A stretch of 64,000 nt of DNA from Octopus vulgaris (lineage: Eukaryota), in contig OX597838.1 of the NCBI GenBank assembly GCA_951406725.2, positions 3,224,001-3,288,000 of the forward strand, read 5' to 3'. Below are positions 58,006 to 64,000 of the stretch, piece by piece (the stretch's first letter is position 1; each line of letters opens with the position of its first letter). The notes beneath the pieces were generated by a model. It was not told where the DNA came from, did not search any database, and worked only from the letters and a program-made list of their open reading frames with translations. The translations under genes were made by a program, and so were the position numbers.

Positions 58006-59147
58006 ATTCGGAGCCTATAAACGGTGGTGTATAGGTGCAGTGAGTGTAGCCATGTGTGACCTTCATGACTCATGTATTCGGGCAGCCAGTTGTGAATTCA
58101 TGCATAACTGGAGGAATAAATCCGGGGTTATTTTAGTGAGTAAGCATTTGTCCTTAACCCTTTCATTACCGTATTTATTTTGGGATGCTCTGTGTTTCCT
58201 TCTATTAATTTTAAATATAATAAAGAATTTAGTAAAGTAACTTAGTTACCATTAAGCTAGTGTTAGGAACGTAAATTGTGACTAAAGTTTGGTGGAAGAT
58301 TTTAACTCAAAACTTATGAAAACAAGACATTTGTACTCAGAGCCAGAACCGGTTTTCGCTGGGTTGGTAATGAAAGGGTTAAATACGGTTTGTATATGAT
58401 AGCGCTGACCTGACCTTGGTGCTTTACCATTTAAGTACCTCATTCGGCTACCATTGGTTTCATGAACCAATGGTGGATTTCAGTCACAAATAAAGAAATT
58501 ATATCCACCAATGCGGTGTTGAATACTTCTTCTTATCATTCGACATTTACGTATGTGTGTGTTTGTGTGGGAAGGCGTGTAGCTAAGTGGTTAGCGCATC
58601 TGCTCACAGTCGTAACTTACTAAGGTTGGGAGTTCAATTCCTGATAGCATGTATCCTTGAGCAAGACATTTTAGGTGTTTCCATCATTTTGTCCAAGCCC
58701 TGTATATTCATGTCTCAATTTGCCTGGTGAGAAGGCCCAGATTACTTAACTCTGAATTTTGCTTAACCTTGGGACATGAATAATACAGAAATGAAGTTTG
58801 TTTTTAGAAGAAATTCTTAATTTTTATGACTTTCTCATCATTATTATTATTATTATTATAAGACGTGGCAGGAAATCAATTTTCCACCATGTTTAATAGT
58901 CTTTTTAAAAAACTTTTATGGTGGGGGGGTACAAAAGGAAGTCTTTCTGTCCAACTCATCTGGCAAAAAAGTACCTGTATTTCAAAGGGCCAACCTTGTC
59001 ACATTGAATCTCCCTGCAAACTACATTATTCCCTACATTAATAGTACATAGGTCTGTGGAGCACCCAGCCACCTGTGCCTTTACGTTGAGCAGGCTTTTA
59101 GGATCAAATCAACTGGAACACTCATCATTGTACCTGACTGAGTGGCA

Positions 59148-59412
59148 GCATATATAATGTATGCATATATATATAATGTATGCATATATATATAATGTAT
59201 GCATATATATAATGTATGCATATATATATAATGTATGCATATATATATAATGTATGCATATATATATATATAATGTATGCATATATATATAATGTATGCA
59301 TATATATATATATATATGCATGCAGGCATATATAATGTATGCATGCATATATATAATGTATTCAGGCATATATATTGTATGCATGCATATTCTATGTATG
59401 CATATATATATA
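59148..59412. repeat. AT-rich minisatellite (gcatatatataatgtat)n
   Basis: Direct inspection. Confidence 0.9.
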
Positions 59413-60799
59413 CACAAGTTTTTTTTTTTTTCATCATTTTGAACCATTAATTCCTACACTGTTTTTTCTCCCTTTTTATCGTTCACTTCATTTTCTTTTT
59501 TCCTCTAAATCTTTTCTGTCGAAGACCGTAGGTTTGTTGCCTCACCTGTCTTCATCATTTGCTTTCTGTAAATTCGATGTATGATAGACTCTCCTGTCGT
59601 TAGATGACGTATGAGGGTTTGACATTTTCTTACCGAACAACCACACAGATGGTTTGTTTTATAGTGATCAAATGTTTGTGTAGACATAAGCTCACTCCCT
59701 CCATCAGATTGATATTACCTGTACAGGTGCAACGGAGTGCCACATGTCAGATGACGAAATGATCGCAGAGTAACGTGAAATGAAGTGCTTTGCTCAAGAA
59801 CAACGCAACGTAACGATACAGCTTGGCACCAGTGGTGTTGCAATTCATTTCTACAGCTGAGTGAACTGGAGCAACGTGAAATAAAGTGTCTTGCTCAAGA
59901 GCACAACTCACGGCCTGGTCTGGGAATCGAACTCACTACCTCATGAGTGTGAGTGTGACGTTCTAACCACTAAGCCATGCACCTTCAGCTTCTTACACCT
60001 GCCTTAATCAAGTGGGGCTATGTTTAAAGCTAGTCCATCTGTGACTACCTAGTTATTTTTTTTTTGTGATTGAGTTGTGTTAAGTTAGGCTGCTATTTCT
60101 AGTAGGTCAAATAATATTGGTTTCAAATTTTGGCACAAAGACAGCAATTTCAGGAAAGCAGGTAAGTTGATTACATGGACCCCAGTGTTCAACTGGTATT
60201 TATTTTAATGGTCCCAAAAGGATGAAAGGCAAACTCAACCTTGGTAGCATTTGAACCCAGAATGTAAAGATTATTAAATGTTTTAAGGCGGTGAGCTGGC
60301 AGAAACGTTAGCACACCGGGCAAAATGCTTGGCGATATTTAGTCTACCTTTATGTTCTGAGTTCAAATTCTGACGAGCTCGACATTGCCTTTCATCCTTT
60401 TGGGGTCGATAAATTAAGTACCAGTTGCATTCTGGGGTCGATCTAATCAACTGGCCTCATCCCGAAAATTTTGGGCCCTGTGCCTAGAGTAGAAAAGATT
60501 ATTCGAATGTTTTAAGAGAATAATGGCTGGGTGTGGAGGTTTAAAACCAACCTGGATATTTGTAGAGTATTTTATTTTGTTGTTCTTGAATAACTGGACA
60601 TCGCTTTTGGCTCAGAACTCAATACAGGGTGCATCAGCTTTTGAGATCATTTGTATGAATTTAGAAAAAGACACGTAGCTCATTAAAACTGTATTTGAAA
60701 ACAAATTGTTTCAAATAATCTTGAGAATCTTTTTATCACACCTATTTAACCCTTTCATTACTGTATTTATTTTGAGATGTTCTCTGTTTCTTTCAATTA

Positions 60800-61185
60800 T
60801 CTCTCTCTATATAAACGGCAGTTTGTCTGTGCGTTTTCTGTGTGTCTGTTTGCTTGTACCCTCACCCTGGACCACGGCTTTCAACCGATTCTGATGAAAC
60901 TTGACACACACACATAGCCCAATGTCATAATTCAAAACTAACGCAGCGAAAATTTTGAAAAGTTCCCCCAGTTATGAAAAAAATCGATAAATTCGACATG
61001 GGGTCGAGAATCAGAAACACAAACCGCAAACTGTCTAGGGGACGCAACTCCACCTTTTTTAACTAAAAAAAAAATTTACCATAACTTTTTTTCCATTTTT
61101 TTGCTATTTTTTGGCTATAACTCTCTAAAAATGCTTTATAGTTATTTCCCTTACAAACCTGAGCAACGCCGGGCGATACTGCTAG
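60800..61185 (+). mobile_element. Helitron H1 nested in a piggyBac-like MITE
   Basis: Host ctttcaatta|ttttaaatat is split exactly between A and T with no TSD. Confidence 0.9.
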
Positions 61186-61383
61186 TTTTAAATATAACAA
61201 AGAATTTAGTGAAATTAGTTATCATTCAGCTAGTGTTAGGAACATAAATTGTGACTAAGGTTTGGTGCAAGATTTTAATTAAAAACTTTTGAAAACAAGA
61301 CATTTGTACTCAGAACCAGAGCCGTTTCAGCCAGGTTGGTAATGAAAGGGTTAAGGAATCCACCATTAAGATCAGTGACTGTT

Positions 61384-61650
61384 TCAATATGGGGTCAGGA
61401 GTATTGACATGCCCCTAATCAGATGATCTTTATCGAATTCGGACACAGTACTGGTTATGGCAGTAATAAGAGATTGTATAGTGTTAAGGGGGTGTTGATT
61501 GACCTCTCTCTTGACTATGCTCCATACGTAAAGGTCCAGTGGATTGGGGCCTGGTGAATTAGCAGGCCATGTGTCTGGCAGAATATGATCATGGAGATTG
61601 GCATGCATCCCCGCTTGGGGTGTCCTAGCTTTATGAGATGGCTCAGTCTT
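61384..61650 (-). mobile_element. Tc1/mariner (maT/DD37D-like) transposase C-terminal fragment
   Basis: WPANSPGPNPLDLYVWSIVKREVNQHPLNTIQSLITAI is a degenerate WPPNSPDLNPLDY motif. Confidence 0.85.
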
Positions 61651-61719
61651 GTTGGAAGATGTATGGTCTTCTGTTGTGTACTCTGTCAACGAAGGGCCTC
61701 ACTTGACCTCTTCTGGTGT

Positions 61720-61960
61720 CTATAATTGCTCTTTCCTAGCGTGATATCTTAAATGGCTTTCAAAACCTTGAAGGTGTTTGAGAAGCGGATCACAAATACT
61801 GCAGAAGGATCTCATTTCAGAACTGGCTTCATTTTCTGCTTGTTTATTATGAATGTTCAAGTGCAGTTTCAATCCTCCATGTGACTTGCAAGTCCCTTGA
61901 CAGCTATTCCATTGAAACTGGTCATCCAGAATGAAATTCCAATACTTCCTGTGTGTCTTG
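61720..61960 (-). mobile_element. Two degenerate C2H2 fingers, probably a LINE (RTE-type) ORF C-terminus
   Basis: WNSCQGTCKSHGGLKLHLNIH...CSICDPLLKHLQGFESHLRYH then stop. No TGEKP linkers or splice context. Confidence 0.5.
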
Positions 61961-62739
61961 CCCACATGGGGGTCTGCTGGCACAATTTCATATCAATGTG
62001 AGACATGCATACTTTTATGTCTACACATATATATGTACAGAGGCAGTGACCGAGACCTTTGGCATTATGCCGTGCTTGGGAAGAAGACCCATCAAGCCGA
62101 GCAGAATCGCAGTCATGGCAGATACTGGTGGCATGTAAAAGCACCCATTACACTCTCGGAGTGGTTGGTGTTAGGAAGGGCATCCTGCCATAAAAAAAAC
62201 CATGCCAAATCAGACTGGAGTCTGGTGCAGCCTTCCAACCCTGGTCAAACAGGCCAACCGATGCCAACATGGGTTTCGGACATTAAATTATGATGATGAT
62301 GATGATGATGACAAACACACACGAATGTGCTTCGTTATGTTTGTCTCTTGTCCCCTCTTGACAACCAGTGTTGTTCCAGCAACTTAGTGGTTCGGTAAAA
62401 GACACCGATTGAGTAGGTACCAGGCGTGAGGAGAAAAAAAAAACGGCAGAAAATACCAGGGTCAATTTGTTCGACTAAATCCATTCGAGACAGAGTCCCA
62501 GCATGACCACCACACTCCAATTTCTGAAACAAGTAAAAAGACAAACACACACAATACAATGGGGTGGGGCTGAAAAGTTCTTGGCTTTAAGAGTATTGTG
62601 AAAGGCCTGGTTGGAGACTCGACTTTCAGAGTTCTTTTACAGGGCTTAGAAAAAACTGAAGGACCACAGCAATAAGTGTGTGAATCTAAGAGGGGGATAT
62701 GTTGAATAAAATCACAATTTTAGCACCCCCTCATATATA

Positions 62740-63110
62740 TGGAAGCACTCCGTCGGTTACGACGACGAGGGTTCCGGTTGATCCGAATCAACGGAACAGC
62801 CTGCTCGTGAAATTAACGTGTAAGTGGCTGAGCACTCCACAGACACGTGTACCCTTAACGTAGTTCTCGGGGATATTCAGCGTGACACAGAGAGTGACAA
62901 GGCCGGCCCTTTGAAATACAGGTACAACAGAAACAGGAAGTAAGAGTGAGAGAAAGTTGTGGTGAAAGAGTACAGCAGGGATCACCACCATCCACTGCCG
63001 GAGTTGCGTGGAGCTTTTAGATGTTTTCGCTCAATAAACACTCACAACGCCTGGTCTGGGAATCAAAACCGCGAGTCCGCTGCCCTAACCACTGGGCCAT
63101 TGCGCCTCCA
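62740..63110 (-). mobile_element. tRNA-derived SINE family C; partial copies at 1-80(+), 49585-49760, 56680-56860, 58970-59150
   Basis: Head gtggaggcgcaatggcccagtggttagggc..ggttttgattccc; shared body across copies. Confidence 0.8.
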
Positions 63111-63828
63111 CATATGTATATATGTATACATATGTACATACACAGAAGGGGGTGCTGAAAAATTCCTGGTGTTAAGGGTACCAATGTTAAATGATGATGA
63201 TGATGATGATGATGGTTATGAAATGAAGACAAACAAGGAGCAGCAGTGTATTTTATAAAAGAAAAACTTTTATTGGGCAACAACCATAGATTTATTTCTC
63301 TGTGTCTCACCAACTGTTTCAGAACATAATACACACACACGCAAACTCGTACACAGACACTCACACACAAACACACTCACGCAGCAGACACACTCACACC
63401 ATAGACACACAAAATATTGTTGGATGTATAAAATGCAGAATTGTTGTTTTTCAGTGAATTTCCTTTTTTTTATGTGTAACATACATACACATATACTACA
63501 TATATAATTTATTTATAGTATATATTTTTTTACATAGTATATGTATAGTATACAAGCATACATATATATATATATATCTATATATATGTATATATTAGTA
63601 TATATGTGTGTGTATGTGCTGAAGTATATGACTGGTATATAACTGAAAGAAAGAGAGGCATGTATTGAGTACACCGAAGGAAAACAAAATGGAAGGAAGA
63701 CAATCTAACGAAGACAATAGATGGCGCTTGTGTCAGAGTTAGTTTCCTCCACAAAAAATATAAATAAAATAAAAAACCTGAAGATGTTATTTTTAGGGTT
63801 TTTTTTTTTTTTCTTTGATGAAAGTGAC

Positions 63829-63999
63829 TCAAACATAACGAAAAAGTATTTCCATGGAAACAGAGGAATTAAGGTGTCTGCGGAGAGATGGTACCAAACA
63901 TTTGGTGCTGTAGTAGAATTGGCTCAATACATTTTGGTAGAATTTCACCTTAGTGCTTGCTTTGATGTTGTTGTTGTTGGTCTGCTTAAGCAGTTGCTT
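63829..63999 (-). CDS. Possible 3' end of a neighbouring minus-strand gene running off the window
   Basis: Non-repetitive frame open from the window edge: KQLLKQTNNNNIKASTKVKFYQNVLSQFYYSTKCLVPSLRRHLNSSVSMEILFRYV*, followed by A/T-rich UTR-like sequence. No recognisable domain. Confidence 0.2.
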   Translation of the reverse strand, partial: KQLLKQTNNNNIKASTKVKFYQNVLSQFYYSTKCLVPSLRRHLNSSVSMEILFRYV

Positions 64000-64000
64000 G

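Noticed and set aside
59505-59720. Minus-strand exon candidate ending in cag|gtgag
   Set aside because: Contiguous with a SINE body related to about 21965-22140; no recognisable peptide.
60552-60688. Minus-strand segment after a good acceptor (ttttcaaatacag)
   Set aside because: Stops in all three frames and no linkable upstream exon; cannot be supported.
61720-61983. Member of a host C2H2 zinc-finger gene expansion
   Set aside because: Only two degenerate fingers, no TGEKP linkers, embedded among TE fragments.

Overview
Eukaryotic, AT-rich genomic DNA saturated with microsatellites and SINEs. The repeat content suggests an octopus/cephalopod genome (inference). One multi-exon protein-coding gene can be reconstructed on the + strand: 14 coding exons from ATG 21216 to TGA 50614, all GT-AG with matching phases, 2253 nt, about 750 aa. 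It encodes a FAM234/ITFG3-like type II membrane protein with an FG-GAP-like beta-propeller and, unusually, a C-terminal GPI-signal-like hydrophobic tail. A CpG-rich ETS/CRE promoter lies at about 20690-21020. The rest is transposon debris: at least three tRNA-derived SINE families, RTE, CR1-like, Hero and Penelope-like retroelement fragments (some with minimal hammerhead ribozyme motifs), non-autonomous Helitrons, piggyBac-, hAT-, Tigger-, mariner- and Merlin-type MITEs, and a decayed hAT transposase with nested insertions, plus several minisatellites. Nearly all supplied ORFs are repeat artefacts. Main leads: the double-anchored (tetherin-like) topology of the propeller protein, a tRNA-headed element carrying a Penelope-type hammerhead tail, and long inverted SINE pairs, one immediately 3' of the gene.
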